The notes beneath the pieces were generated by a model, which searched no databases, had not been told where the DNA came from, and saw only the letters and a list, made by a program, of their open reading frames with translations. The translations under genes were made by a program, and so were the position numbers. DNA of 62,011 nt from Rhodothermales bacterium (GTDB taxonomy: Bacteria > Bacteroidota > Rhodothermia > Rhodothermales > JABDKH01): contig JABDKH010000096.1 in NCBI GenBank assembly GCA_013002345.1, forward strand, positions 1-62,011, in the 5' to 3' direction. Of this stretch, positions 1-10,388 are shown one piece after another; position 1 is the first letter of the stretch; each line of letters begins with the position of its first letter.

Positions 1-215
1 GCCATGAGTGTCGCCCTTCACACTGGCAGAACAGACTACTTCATTGCCAATTCTTGCCATGGTAATCCTGCTCTCCGACGACCCCACGGTGTCTTCGCCG
101 GGATGGCAGTCGGGCATGCAGGACGACCCCTCTCAGCGCTCAACAACTCCAGACTTCTACGGCCTCTCAAATGACACGATGCTATTTCGACAGCCCGCTT
201 CACACGCTTTACCCG

Positions 216-3200
216 ATGACACGGACACTCGCGCGAGCTGCTTCGTACCTCATCCTCCTGATCGCACTTACCATCCCGTCGCGGGCTCAGACCGGTGACA
301 TAAGTGTTCGCGGAACGGTGACCGAGTCCTCGTCGAGTAGCCCGCTCGCTCGTACAAGCGTCACGATCACACGTCTTGTCAACGGGACTCCGAGATCGAC
401 GCTAGTACTTACCAACGACCTTGGCCAGTACGTCCTGAATGCGACGACGCCCGTCGCGATTGAGGACGCTGAGGCAACGCTGCGGGACGAGTATTGGGTC
501 GAGCCAGCATACCCAAACCCGTTTCCAGCTGGAAGTGGCACGCTCCGGCTTCGGTACGGGACTCCGGGTGGTGACAGGTCAGACGCGAGATTCGAGATGT
601 TCGACGTCCTGGGTCGTCGCGTGGACTCCGACGCCGGATTGTCAGCAGGCATATACTTCTACCGCGTCCGAGTCGGGAAGGATGTGTCGATGGCCCGCAG
701 TCTCATAGTCGTCGGGTCCGGACCGATCAAGGTCGATCTTGCTCATGAGCTCGGGCCGAATGCGGACGCCGCAGCCCTGGACAGATGGCAGGGGAAGACC
801 GCTGCAGACGCGGAGTTCGTGGTCGCGAAGGATGGGTTTGTCGGCGTTGAGTCGTCAGTGACACTGACGGACGGGCAAACGAACACGGTCGATTTCGAAC
901 TCGACGCGGCTCCCATACCGACAGCCAGTTTCGAGTTTTCGGGAACTCTCAAGGCCGGTGAACCGACGCTTTTTGATGCATCCACGTCCGCCGGCGCACC
1001 TGGCGAAACACTAACGTATATCTGGGATTTCGGTGACGGAATCCATGGCGGCAATTCCGCAATCGCCCATGTCTACGGAAGGGCAACCAACTACACGGCC
1101 ACGCTAACGGTCCGGAGCCCCTTCGGCGCGACAGCTTCGGTCTCGAAGACTGTTTCCATCGCGCAGGGAAGTGCAGCGGTCCGGACGGACGGGGTTCTAG
1201 AGGCCTTCGTTAGCGAGCCCGACGGTGCGCCGATCCAGGGCGTCACGGTACGGTCCGAAGATCCGGTGCGTACTGCTACGACCGACGCGTTTGGGAAGGC
1301 GTCGTTTACAAACCTCGCCGTGGGTATTCCTGTTCGTCTGAGTTTTGCGAAGGCCGGTTTCACGGATCAGTTCGCGCGCGTGGACATCCCGGTTACGGCA
1401 ACGAATCCCACAAGAGTAGAAGCCGTGATGAGGCCGCGACTGTCTGTGTTCGAGATCCCGGACGCCGAAGACGGATTTGACAGATTCGCGCGAGACGGAG
1501 TGCGAATCGTGATGCCCGTGGATGGCCTCGTGCGGGCTGACGGAACGCCCGCGACAGGTCCCGTGACCGCCAACCTCACACCACTGAACGTGGTGAGGTC
1601 GGGAGAGATCGAAGCGTTTCCAGGAGTGTTCGAAGGACTCCAGCCAGACGGAAACGAAGTCCTTCTCCTGACATACGGTGTAAGCGAGTATGTCTTTGAG
1701 CAGAATGGCCAGGAGCTGCAGCTGGCACCTGGCAAGGTTGCCACCATTGAGATTCCGATTTACACCGCGGGCGCAACTGTGGGACAGACGATCCCACTCT
1801 GGTCGATGGACGAGAAGCTGGGCCGCTGGGTGCAGGAGGGCGAAGGCACGGTCGTAGAGTCTGTGAGCTCGCCTACCGGACATGCGCTTCGTGCCGTAGT
1901 GTCCCACTTTTCATGGTGGAACTGCGACGACTTTGTGGACGAGGGTACGATCCTCCGAACTATCCGATGCGAAGCCGACGACCCCCTACGCCCGATCGAT
2001 TGTTGGGTTGCCAGCAACGACAGAGTCGATCAGGTTGATCCGAATGACGGAACGCTGTACGAGGTCCGTGAATTTGTCGAAGCCGCCGGCTGGGACCTCA
2101 TCTTCCCGGCGGACCGGACGACCCCTGTCTCCGGCATCGCACTGCTGGACAATGGCGAAATCTGGCGGGGGGTGTCGGTGGTTGATCCGTCGGACAACGT
2201 GTCCGAGACCGTGATTCGGTTGACCCGAACCGAGGGTGGCGGAGACAGTCAGCAGATCGCCATTCCCGCCGACATCGATGCCGAGATTTCGGTACCCGAC
2301 GAAATCGACGAGTACACGTTCGATGCAACGGCCGGACAGCGAATCTTCATCTCGGCAATCGGAATACTAGACGCGTCCTTCACGCTTCTTGACCCGTCGG
2401 GAACCACGCTGGTGGGAAGTGGCTTTGGCCGGAGCAACCGGCAGATGCGGGTCGCCGAGTTGACGGAAGACGGAACGTATACTCTGCGCGTTGCCGGCGC
2501 CAGCTTCGCGGTTGGACGATACATCATTTCTGTCAAGCCGCTTGGAGACCCGCTGAGCCTACCCTTCAGGGACCCCAGCGAGTCACTGGATCGTGACGCA
2601 GCCGACGCCTTCCCAATTCGGGTCGCTGCAGGAAGTGTGCTGGGAGTGTATCACGAGTCCCCGACCGGGGCACGTATGCAAATCGATATCTGCACATTTG
2701 ACGGTCAGTGCATCCTGGAACGGAGAGAGACGATTGCTCTTACCGTCATTCCGACGGACGAGGAGTATCTGGTCGTCATTCGGAGCGTCGGGTCAGGACC
2801 CTACGCCATTCGAATTACTCAGCCAACGACACACTGGGACAGGGGTGCCAATCACTCTGTCACGATCGGTTCGCGGGATATGATGCTGGTGTCTATAGAC
2901 GCAAATCCCCAGGACATAGTTACCGTCGAGGAGTCACCAGAGGTACCGTCCGGGCTGAGTGCAAGCCCGTACGGACTGTATCCAGCGAACAGTCGACTGA
3001 TTCAGGCCAGTCCGGATATCCTGGGATGGAAATACTCTCAACTGAATCTCGAACCGCCCTATTTCATCGCCATCACCGCGTCGCGCAGCGCGCCCATATC
3101 GGGCACCTATGAATTTGGGTACTCCGAGCCGGAGATCATTCCACTTACGCTCGATCCAAATGGTAGTGTGAGTACGGTGGGTCAGTTCGACGTATATGGT

Positions 3201-4919
3201 CAACGGCTGCTCTACTCGTTTCCCGCGGTGACGGGCGACGGACTAGAAATCGTGAGCCGTTCATCTGACCCCGACTTTGTATCGAATCTTTCACTTGGTC
3301 TTGTCGACCTGGCGGCGTTCGAGGTTTCGGAAGATGGCAACTACGACTTCTTTGGTGGTGAATTCGGTCCAAGTATGGCCATTCGTGTTGACGCGAGCGC
3401 TCAGGTGGCCGCCGGACTCTGGAGTAACTCCAACCAACTCGGCTCCTTTGAGGTGGAGGTCACGCGAGTCACCGGATCCGCATCCATCAAGGTGGAGGGC
3501 GATCAAGCGTGTGCAGGATCGAACGCCACCTCACTGCCAGCAGCGCTAGCGGCGGTAAGCGACGGCGGTACGGTCACGCTGTGCTCTGGTAATCATCAGC
3601 CCCGTGCAAGGGCACCGATGACGAGCTCGGGGGTCACTGTCGAGGGTGAATCGGGAGGTCAGGCCACGATCGTGGCCGACACGGATCGGGGCGTGATCAT
3701 GACCATCGGTGGGGACGCAACCATAAGGTCGCTCTCGGTTCGCACGTCAGGTGCGTTCGCGTTCATCGATCCTGTATCGTTCCAAGATCCAGTTCCATCG
3801 GTCACACTGGAAGACCTTGACTTTGCATTCGGAGCACCGAGGCCTGGTTCAACCGGGGGCTTTGTTGTTGGAGGCACCGTTCGAGACGCGACGGTCCGTC
3901 GGATAACGGTGACTGGGGGAGGGAAGCTGGACTTTAGTCTCTCCGGGTCCGGAGCCTCCGCGCTGATTGAGGACGTTGAAACCGCGGGCTTGGTCGACAC
4001 GGACGGCCACGTAGAGGTGCAGTGTCGGAGTGACTCACAGTCCATGACCGTCCGGTCTAGCACGTTCCACGGACTGACGACGAAGGGGTGCGAGACTGTC
4101 GTGATCGAGGACAACGAGATAGTCATGGACGCTGGTGTCAGGATCGAGCGATACGGGAATCTAAGTCTGGCGCGCAATACTCTCGCCGGCGTAGAAAACC
4201 CTCGAAGCATCATTATGTCCAGCAGTGGCGACGCGACGATTACGGAGAATACAATCAGCGGCGCATTTTTTCTGGGAATATCCGACGGCACGTTCCTCGT
4301 CGCTCGTAACCGCATCGATCTGGCACAGCCGAACAGGGATCTTCTCTTGCGGATCAATCACTTGACCACGGGGGCACCTGCCAGCATCACAGTCCAGAAC
4401 AACATTATGGAGAACGCTGGTGTCGGAAGCGGCGACGCCATCATCGATGTGCAGAATGCGGATCTGTTTGAGTCGGTGGAGTTCTACAATAACTCCGTTA
4501 GAACGAGTGCTCTCACGACGGCGGGAAAACCGGCGCTTCGGTTTACTCTCAGAAACACCGGATTCACGGGACCGCTACCGGTCACATTCGTGAACAACAT
4601 CTTGCAGGGAGTCGGTGGCACGGCGATGTCACTTCCGGCAGGAACGACCGTGGATAGTGACTACAACCTCTTCTTCGGATACGACACCGAATACGAGGGC
4701 GGACTAACGTCGACCGGTACCAACGACTTGTTCGAACCGTCGGATCCGGAGAATCCGCCGCCGCTGTTCGTGAACAATCTGCTTGAGCTCGAGGCCGGAA
4801 GTCCGGCTATCAACGCAGGTGCCGGATCAAACATATATCCGGGCGTGCCGGTGATCGATTTCGACGGAACGTCACGGCCGCAAGGCGGATCGTACGACAT
4901 GGGAGCTCACGAGCAGTAG
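216..4919 (+). CDS. very large secreted multidomain surface protein (CarboxypepD_reg-like, PKD-like and PPC-like modules, parallel beta-helix, choice-of-anchor-Q-like C-terminus)
   Basis: Longest ORF in the window (track 171..4919). Start moved to ATG 216, which gives the signal peptide MTRTLARAASYLILLIALTIPSRAQ. PKD-like block LTYIWDFGDG..YTATLTV. Pre-peptidase-C-like block DEIDEYTFDATAGQ..GTYTLRV. Many beta-helix-like repeats. The end, DSDYNLFF..DFDGTSRP..YDMGAHE, resembles choice-of-anchor-Q domains. Confidence 0.8.
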   Translation: MTRTLARAASYLILLIALTIPSRAQTGDISVRGTVTESSSSSPLARTSVTITRLVNGTPRSTLVLTNDLGQYVLNATTPVAIEDAEATLRDEYWVEPAYPNPFPAGSGTLRLRYGTPGGDRSDARFEMFDVLGRRVDSDAGLSAGIYFYRVRVGKDVSMARSLIVVGSGPIKVDLAHELGPNADAAALDRWQGKTAADAEFVVAKDGFVGVESSVTLTDGQTNTVDFELDAAPIPTASFEFSGTLKAGEPTLFDASTSAGAPGETLTYIWDFGDGIHGGNSAIAHVYGRATNYTATLTVRSPFGATASVSKTVSIAQGSAAVRTDGVLEAFVSEPDGAPIQGVTVRSEDPVRTATTDAFGKASFTNLAVGIPVRLSFAKAGFTDQFARVDIPVTATNPTRVEAVMRPRLSVFEIPDAEDGFDRFARDGVRIVMPVDGLVRADGTPATGPVTANLTPLNVVRSGEIEAFPGVFEGLQPDGNEVLLLTYGVSEYVFEQNGQELQLAPGKVATIEIPIYTAGATVGQTIPLWSMDEKLGRWVQEGEGTVVESVSSPTGHALRAVVSHFSWWNCDDFVDEGTILRTIRCEADDPLRPIDCWVASNDRVDQVDPNDGTLYEVREFVEAAGWDLIFPADRTTPVSGIALLDNGEIWRGVSVVDPSDNVSETVIRLTRTEGGGDSQQIAIPADIDAEISVPDEIDEYTFDATAGQRIFISAIGILDASFTLLDPSGTTLVGSGFGRSNRQMRVAELTEDGTYTLRVAGASFAVGRYIISVKPLGDPLSLPFRDPSESLDRDAADAFPIRVAAGSVLGVYHESPTGARMQIDICTFDGQCILERRETIALTVIPTDEEYLVVIRSVGSGPYAIRITQPTTHWDRGANHSVTIGSRDMMLVSIDANPQDIVTVEESPEVPSGLSASPYGLYPANSRLIQASPDILGWKYSQLNLEPPYFIAITASRSAPISGTYEFGYSEPEIIPLTLDPNGSVSTVGQFDVYGQRLLYSFPAVTGDGLEIVSRSSDPDFVSNLSLGLVDLAAFEVSEDGNYDFFGGEFGPSMAIRVDASAQVAAGLWSNSNQLGSFEVEVTRVTGSASIKVEGDQACAGSNATSLPAALAAVSDGGTVTLCSGNHQPRARAPMTSSGVTVEGESGGQATIVADTDRGVIMTIGGDATIRSLSVRTSGAFAFIDPVSFQDPVPSVTLEDLDFAFGAPRPGSTGGFVVGGTVRDATVRRITVTGGGKLDFSLSGSGASALIEDVETAGLVDTDGHVEVQCRSDSQSMTVRSSTFHGLTTKGCETVVIEDNEIVMDAGVRIERYGNLSLARNTLAGVENPRSIIMSSSGDATITENTISGAFFLGISDGTFLVARNRIDLAQPNRDLLLRINHLTTGAPASITVQNNIMENAGVGSGDAIIDVQNADLFESVEFYNNSVRTSALTTAGKPALRFTLRNTGFTGPLPVTFVNNILQGVGGTAMSLPAGTTVDSDYNLFFGYDTEYEGGLTSTGTNDLFEPSDPENPPPLFVNNLLELEAGSPAINAGAGSNIYPGVPVIDFDGTSRPQGGSYDMGAHEQ
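510..716 (+). other. internal T9SS C-terminal-sorting-domain-like module inside the large surface protein
   Basis: YPNPFPAGSGTLRLRYG..ARFEMFDVLGRRV..SAGIYFYRVRVGKDVSMARSLIVVG matches the YPNPF..V(Y/F)D.LGR..G.Y.Y.(L/V)..K..L(L/V) pattern of the two genuine C-terminal modules at 54808 and 61717. Confidence 0.6.
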
Positions 4920-5365
4920 TTGAGAAGTTGCCGACCTGGGTGCGCGGTGTTCTGGAGTGTTCGCCACCGGAGACCGCGCACCAGCCTGACGTCAAATCCC
5001 ATCGCATTTCGGGACCTGCGGCCATATCAAAGTGGTCGCGCCTTGCAGACCGTTCTTCCCCGGTTTCGTGGGACACCGCAAATGAACTCCGCCTCCAGCG
5101 CTGTTTAGTCGCTGACGAATACGTGTAGCCCTTGCGCGAGGCTGGCACTCCTGCGAAGACTCACGTTCCGGTCAAGAGTCGTGGTGAGGTGGCGGAAGTG
5201 GAGTTGTCAGAGCAAACATGCACTCAACGGCTATGTGGACGTGGCCAAACGCTCGCCCTACCCAATTGCGTGTGATTTCCTCAATCGAGCGAAACATCGG
5301 CTCACGAAGGACTTAAGACGCGCGGTTTCAACACTGACACTCACGCCGCATCCGCGATTTTCAAT

Positions 5366-6397
5366 ATGAAGCGATTTGCTCCCCTAGCCCGCCTTGCCGG
5401 GTTGTTGTGCCTCGTCATCGACTCAATGTCGTACTCCGCCCTCGCACAGACTTCGGAAGGCGACGAACCGGCCTTCGATCGACTGCGCCAGGCGGTGAAG
5501 AGCGACTACTTCAACATCGGCGTCGTCGTACAGACCGTCGGCGATCTCGTGTGGGATCGTAACGGACTTCCCGGCAACAACGGCTTCAGCATCGCGACTT
5601 CCCGTCTGAAGGTCAGCGGTGACCTCGATTTCGGTCTGGGATATTTTGTGCAGACGGACTTCGCCCGAAGCCCCGCCCTGCTGGACGCTCGCCTTTCATA
5701 CAAGATCGCCGAGCATCTTTCAGTCGACGCCGGCCTTTTCAAGGCTCCGTTCAGTGCGGAGTTCTTGATCGGCGCCCCGTCCATCGATTTTGTCAACCGA
5801 TCCCAGACCGTCAGCACGCTTGCGCCCGGCCGTCAGGTGGGTGTCGGGCTCAGGGGCGGCACATCGGACGGCATGTTCGGATACAATGTCGGCGTCTTCA
5901 ACGGGAACGGCCGAACTCTCTCCGGCAACGACAATAATCGTCTGATGTACACGGCCCGCGTGACAACCCGGCCCAACGTCTCCAACGGATCGCTCGAGAT
6001 CGGTGCGAACCTCGCCTTCAGCGAGGACAACAGCGGAGGCTTCAGTGGAGATCGGCTGCTTTTCGGCGGCGACTTCCGCTGGACAATGGAGCGCCTGCTC
6101 GTCAGCGCCGAGGCCATCTATGCCGATCTCGATCCGGTGGCAGGCATTAGCCGGCAACCGTTCGGCTATCAGGCCACCGTGGGTTACATGCTCGATCCGG
6201 ATCGTCATCAGATCCTGGGTCGCTTTGACTCATTCGATCTCGATACGATCGGCGGCAGCTCGGACTTCATCGTCCTCGGCTACAACTTCTGGCCGTCGCA
6301 GGCTTTCGAGTTTCAGGTCAATTATCTAATCCCGGTGCACGACGGCTCCCAGGTCGGCGACCAGCAGATCCTGCTGAACTTCCAGGTCGCCTTCTAG
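5366..6397 (+). CDS. outer-membrane porin, phosphate-selective porin O/P-like
   Basis: Signal peptide ending YSALAQ, alternating beta-strand pattern, terminal aromatic residue (LLNFQVAF). Overall resemblance to the porin O/P family from memory. Confidence 0.65.
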   Translation: MKRFAPLARLAGLLCLVIDSMSYSALAQTSEGDEPAFDRLRQAVKSDYFNIGVVVQTVGDLVWDRNGLPGNNGFSIATSRLKVSGDLDFGLGYFVQTDFARSPALLDARLSYKIAEHLSVDAGLFKAPFSAEFLIGAPSIDFVNRSQTVSTLAPGRQVGVGLRGGTSDGMFGYNVGVFNGNGRTLSGNDNNRLMYTARVTTRPNVSNGSLEIGANLAFSEDNSGGFSGDRLLFGGDFRWTMERLLVSAEAIYADLDPVAGISRQPFGYQATVGYMLDPDRHQILGRFDSFDLDTIGGSSDFIVLGYNFWPSQAFEFQVNYLIPVHDGSQVGDQQILLNFQVAF

Positions 6398-6399
6398 GC

Positions 6400-7662
6400 A
6401 TGACCAGAACCCTCACGAAATCGAGTCGACTCGCTCTCGTGCTCTTCGTACTGGCCGGCTGCGCTCGTACTGCGAGTGCCCAGAGCCTGGACGACGGCGT
6501 AGGACTGGAGGTCGTCTATACGGCTGACCTGGCGGCCAATGTGGCGGGCGGAGTGGACCAGGGCGTTCGATACCTCGACAACATCGACCTGGCGCTTACG
6601 CTTGAGACGGACCCTCTAGTCGGGTGGCCGGGGGCGACCATCTTCCTGTATGGTCTTGGAAACCAGGGAGGAAGCATCTCCGAGATTGCGGGTGACGCAC
6701 AGGGCGTCAGTAACATCGAAGCTCCGACGAGCTGGCGGCTGTACGAGGCATGGATCGAGCAGGTGCTGCCGGGAGATCGTGTGTCGATTCTGGCCGGACT
6801 TTACGACGTGAATACCGAATTCGACGTCATATGGACCGGCTCCCTGTTCATGAACAGTTCGCACGGCATCGGGCCCGACTTCAGTCAGAGCGGAATGAAT
6901 GGCCCGTCCATCTTCCCTGTCACGTCGCTGGCGATTCGGGCCAGAGGCTCTATCAGCAACCGGCTGATTTTCAAGGCCGCGATTCTGGATGGCGTTCCGG
7001 GAGATCCGGAGAAGCCAACCGGCACTCACATCAAGTTCGGTGATGATGACGGAATACTGATGGCGGGTGAGGTGGTCCTGCTGCTGGGTGGCGACGACGA
7101 ATGGAAGACGGAACCATCGAGGTTTCGGCTAGTGAGCCGGACCGACGTTGAGTTCTTCGATGCCCGTTTTGCGATTGGGGCCTGGAAATACACGGGCAAA
7201 TTTGTCGAGCTGCGCGATCCTCGCATCCTCGCCCTTACGGCTCCATCCACGGATAATCGCGGAGTGTATGCGCTGGCCGAATGGAACGTACTGCGTGAGC
7301 CCGGTGATGCGGCGCAGGGTCTGTCGGCTTTCGGCCGATACGGAATCGCGAACGACCGGATCAATCGTTTTGCGTCTTACGCGGGACTGGGCCTGGTCTA
7401 CACAGGTCTGTTGCCGGGGCGCGATCACGACCAGGCAGGATTGGCGGTGGCGAGTGCAAGGAATGGCGATCCGTATCTCGAGTCTCAGGTAGTATTCGGA
7501 GAGCTCGATCGAACCGAAACGGTGATCGAGGCCACCTACCTGGCGAGTGTTACGTCATGGCTTTCTGTCCAGGCCGATCTGCAACACGTCATCAATCCGG
7601 GCACGAACCCGGCCGTCTCCAACGCGCTGGTGCCCGCAGTGCGGCTGCAGATAATACCGTAG
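6400..7662 (+). CDS. carbohydrate-selective porin, OprB family
   Basis: Signal peptide ending RTASAQ. N-terminal block LEVVYTADLAANVAGG..RYLDNIDLALTLE and WRLYEAWIEQ are typical of the OprB family. Starts 2 nt after the preceding porin's stop codon. Confidence 0.7.
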   Translation: MTRTLTKSSRLALVLFVLAGCARTASAQSLDDGVGLEVVYTADLAANVAGGVDQGVRYLDNIDLALTLETDPLVGWPGATIFLYGLGNQGGSISEIAGDAQGVSNIEAPTSWRLYEAWIEQVLPGDRVSILAGLYDVNTEFDVIWTGSLFMNSSHGIGPDFSQSGMNGPSIFPVTSLAIRARGSISNRLIFKAAILDGVPGDPEKPTGTHIKFGDDDGILMAGEVVLLLGGDDEWKTEPSRFRLVSRTDVEFFDARFAIGAWKYTGKFVELRDPRILALTAPSTDNRGVYALAEWNVLREPGDAAQGLSAFGRYGIANDRINRFASYAGLGLVYTGLLPGRDHDQAGLAVASARNGDPYLESQVVFGELDRTETVIEATYLASVTSWLSVQADLQHVINPGTNPAVSNALVPAVRLQIIP

Positions 7663-7803
7663 TCACAATCTGACTGCCCTCGCGATCAAGCATTGATGGT
7701 AGATGAATCGCAGTGAATGACCCTGACCTTCCGGGCACCTACCGTATCCCAGATCCGTAGACTTGGGACGGCCAAACCCCCACCGTCGCGACGGTCGTGA
7801 TTG

Positions 7804-8940
7804 TCAGCCCGCCACCGCTATCACCATATCATACGCGTGCTTCGGATTGTTGCTGCGGTCGAACAGCAGCGGGTAACTGGTGCGACCCTCGACAGGCCAG
7901 CTGTTCAGCCAGGAGGCTTGATCGGTAACTCCCCAGAACGTTACACGCGTCACCACGTCCGCATTCTTCTGGAAGACACCAAACAACTCGGCATAACGTG
8001 TTGCAAGTACGTGCTGCATGGAGTCCGGAAGTGCCTCGGTGTACGGATTCAACGCATCGTGAAGCTCTACGTCAAGCGACAGATCGGCTCCTCGATGCTC
8101 CCATGCCGCCGGTAGCACGTCGATGTCCAGCTCCGTGATCATCACATCCACGCCCATCGCGGCAAAAGCTGCGATCGACGAATCGAGCTGCGCAACACCG
8201 GGCGACGTAAGCTTGTAGTGTCCCTGCAATCCGACACCGGCCACGTCAATTCCCCTCTCCTGCAGATTCGTGATCAAGGCGACTGTGCCGTCGCGCTTTG
8301 GACGATCCGGCAACGAGTAGTCGTTGTAGTAGAGTTGAACGTCGGGATCTGCTTCGCGGGCATACTCGAACGCCTTCGCGATATAGTCGTCACCGATGAT
8401 ACGCAGCCAGGCCGTCTCTCTTAGCGTGCCGTCGTCGTTGAGCGCCTCGTTGACCACGTCCCAACCGTCGATCCGCCCTTTGTAACGTCCCACGACCGTC
8501 AGGATGTGATTTTGCATGGTGTTCAAGAGCGTCTCACGATCGACGTCTTCACCGTTCTCGTCCTGAAAGACCCACTGCGGAGTCTGGTGGTGCCACACGA
8601 GCGCATGCCCGACGATGAACATCCCGTTCTCCTCACCGAACGAGACGTACGCGTCTGCCGGACCGAAGTTGAACGAATCGGGCTCCGGATGTACCGACTC
8701 CCACTTCAGGGTGTTCTCGGGCGTGATCGTGTTGAAGTGCTTCATGACGATCGCGGCTTCGTCGACGGCCTGTCCAGAGAACTGCGCCTCGTTCAGAGCC
8801 GCCCCGACCATAAAACTCTCTGCAAAGGCCGACTTCAGCGTGGCTTCCGGAGACTCCGGAGCCGTGCACGCCGAGAGGGTCAGCCCAATCAGAAGCAGAA
8901 CGGACAACAGTTGATCTCGATGACATGGCTGACGTTTCAT
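7804..8940 (-). CDS. endo-1,4-beta-xylanase, glycoside hydrolase family 10
   Basis: Lipoprotein-like signal (LTLSAC). GH10 blocks ENTLKWESVHP, GHALVWHHQTPQW, WDVVNEAL (acid/base Glu) and ITELDIDV (nucleophile Glu). Confidence 0.9.
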   Translation of the reverse strand: MKRQPCHRDQLLSVLLLIGLTLSACTAPESPEATLKSAFAESFMVGAALNEAQFSGQAVDEAAIVMKHFNTITPENTLKWESVHPEPDSFNFGPADAYVSFGEENGMFIVGHALVWHHQTPQWVFQDENGEDVDRETLLNTMQNHILTVVGRYKGRIDGWDVVNEALNDDGTLRETAWLRIIGDDYIAKAFEYAREADPDVQLYYNDYSLPDRPKRDGTVALITNLQERGIDVAGVGLQGHYKLTSPGVAQLDSSIAAFAAMGVDVMITELDIDVLPAAWEHRGADLSLDVELHDALNPYTEALPDSMQHVLATRYAELFGVFQKNADVVTRVTFWGVTDQASWLNSWPVEGRTSYPLLFDRSNNPKHAYDMVIAVAG

Positions 8941-10364
8941 GATGTCGCTTCTTGAGGATTGTTGAACTCGTGCCTGCGTTCCGCCAACTCGTCCGCAATC
9001 TTCAACTCAAATGGAAGATCGATCTTATAGAAAAACAGGCAAATGATTCCGATGAGAAACGTGATGGCAGGGTAGACGCTGGCTGTCATCCGGATTCCCC
9101 AGAGCGATTCGGCTGTCTGAGCTGCGTTGGGCACGTAGCCGTACAGAGCCAGCAGCCAACCGCCGATCGCACCACCAAAGCCTAGCCCGGCCTTGAGACC
9201 GAACACAACGGCCGAAAAGACGATTCCGGTCGCGCGTCTGTGGTTTTTCCACTCCGAGTAGTCGGCAACATCGGCCATCATCGCCCACAACAGCGGGACG
9301 GTAACGCCATACGCAAGTTGTCGGATGAACTCGAGGGTGAATATGCCCATGATGGCATCGGCCGGAAAGAAGATCAAAACCGCCGTGAGTACGATGGTCC
9401 CGGCCAGGCCGGCGATGAACACGTTCCGCTTGCCGAAGCGTACGGCGAACGCCTTTGAAAACACGATGCCGATCACCGTAGCCGTCAGCCCGCATACGTT
9501 GAACAGACTGAACACCTCGTCGACGTTAAGCTGCCGGACCATTCCGAATATGCTGAGATCCAATCCTTGACCCAGATCCAGATAGTATCGGAAGTAATAC
9601 AGCATCACGCCGCCTCGCAGCGCCAACGTGATGAAAGTGAACAGGGTCAGGAAGAAGATCGCGATCCAGGGCCCGTTCTTTGTCAGGTCCAGCAGATCCT
9701 GTTTGATCGAGGTCTTCTGTGCGGGATCAGGAAGGATGCGCTCCTTCGTTGAGAAGAACGTGATGATGAAGAAGATGACCGCAAGGAATGCGAAGATTCC
9801 CATCGTGATCTTGTAGCCCTGCGCGTCGTTTCCCTGACCGAAGTAGTTAACCATCGGCAGCGCGAGACCCTGGATGGCGAACGCCGCCAGCATCGCAAAA
9901 ACGAACCGGTAGGACGACAGGCTTGTGCGTTCACCCATGTCTCCCGTCATCACGCCGCTGAGCGCGGAGTACGGCAGATTGTTGACGGTGTATACGGCCA
10001 TCAACAGCGTGTATGTGATGTACGCATAGATGAGCTTGCCTGTCGGACCGAAATCGGGAGTCGAGAACGTGAGAAAGGCGAGAACGCCGAACGGCACGGC
10101 ACTCCAGAGAATCCACGGCCGGAATCTGCCCCACTTCGTCTTCGTGCGGTCCGCAATGATGCCCATCAACGGGTCCGTGAAGGCGTCCGAAATGCGTACG
10201 ATCAGAAAGAGGGTTCCGGCAGCGGCTGCACTGATGCCGAACGTATCGGTGTAGAAGGCAAGCTGGAATACAAGGATCGTCTGGAAGATGAAGTTGGCCG
10301 CGGTATCGCCCAGGCCATAGCCGACCTTCTCCCTGATCGAAAGCTTCTGATGAAAGTGACTCAT
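8937..10364 (-). CDS. glycoside-pentoside-hexuronide (GPH):cation symporter, MFS superfamily
   Basis: 12-TM-like hydrophobic profile. N-terminal KVGYGLGDTAANFIFQ and DRTKTKWGRFRPW motifs are typical of MelB/XynT/YicJ-type transporters. 4-nt overlap with the GH10 gene. Confidence 0.85.
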   Translation of the reverse strand: MSHFHQKLSIREKVGYGLGDTAANFIFQTILVFQLAFYTDTFGISAAAAGTLFLIVRISDAFTDPLMGIIADRTKTKWGRFRPWILWSAVPFGVLAFLTFSTPDFGPTGKLIYAYITYTLLMAVYTVNNLPYSALSGVMTGDMGERTSLSSYRFVFAMLAAFAIQGLALPMVNYFGQGNDAQGYKITMGIFAFLAVIFFIITFFSTKERILPDPAQKTSIKQDLLDLTKNGPWIAIFFLTLFTFITLALRGGVMLYYFRYYLDLGQGLDLSIFGMVRQLNVDEVFSLFNVCGLTATVIGIVFSKAFAVRFGKRNVFIAGLAGTIVLTAVLIFFPADAIMGIFTLEFIRQLAYGVTVPLLWAMMADVADYSEWKNHRRATGIVFSAVVFGLKAGLGFGGAIGGWLLALYGYVPNAAQTAESLWGIRMTASVYPAITFLIGIICLFFYKIDLPFELKIADELAERRHEFNNPQEATS

Positions 10365-10388
10365 GTGCTGTTGGTTGTGCGAGAGCGA

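Noticed and set aside
8-298. 96-aa ORF at the window edge, overlapping the start of the large surface-protein gene.
   Set aside because: It has no recognisable features and overlaps the much better supported signal-peptide start at 216.
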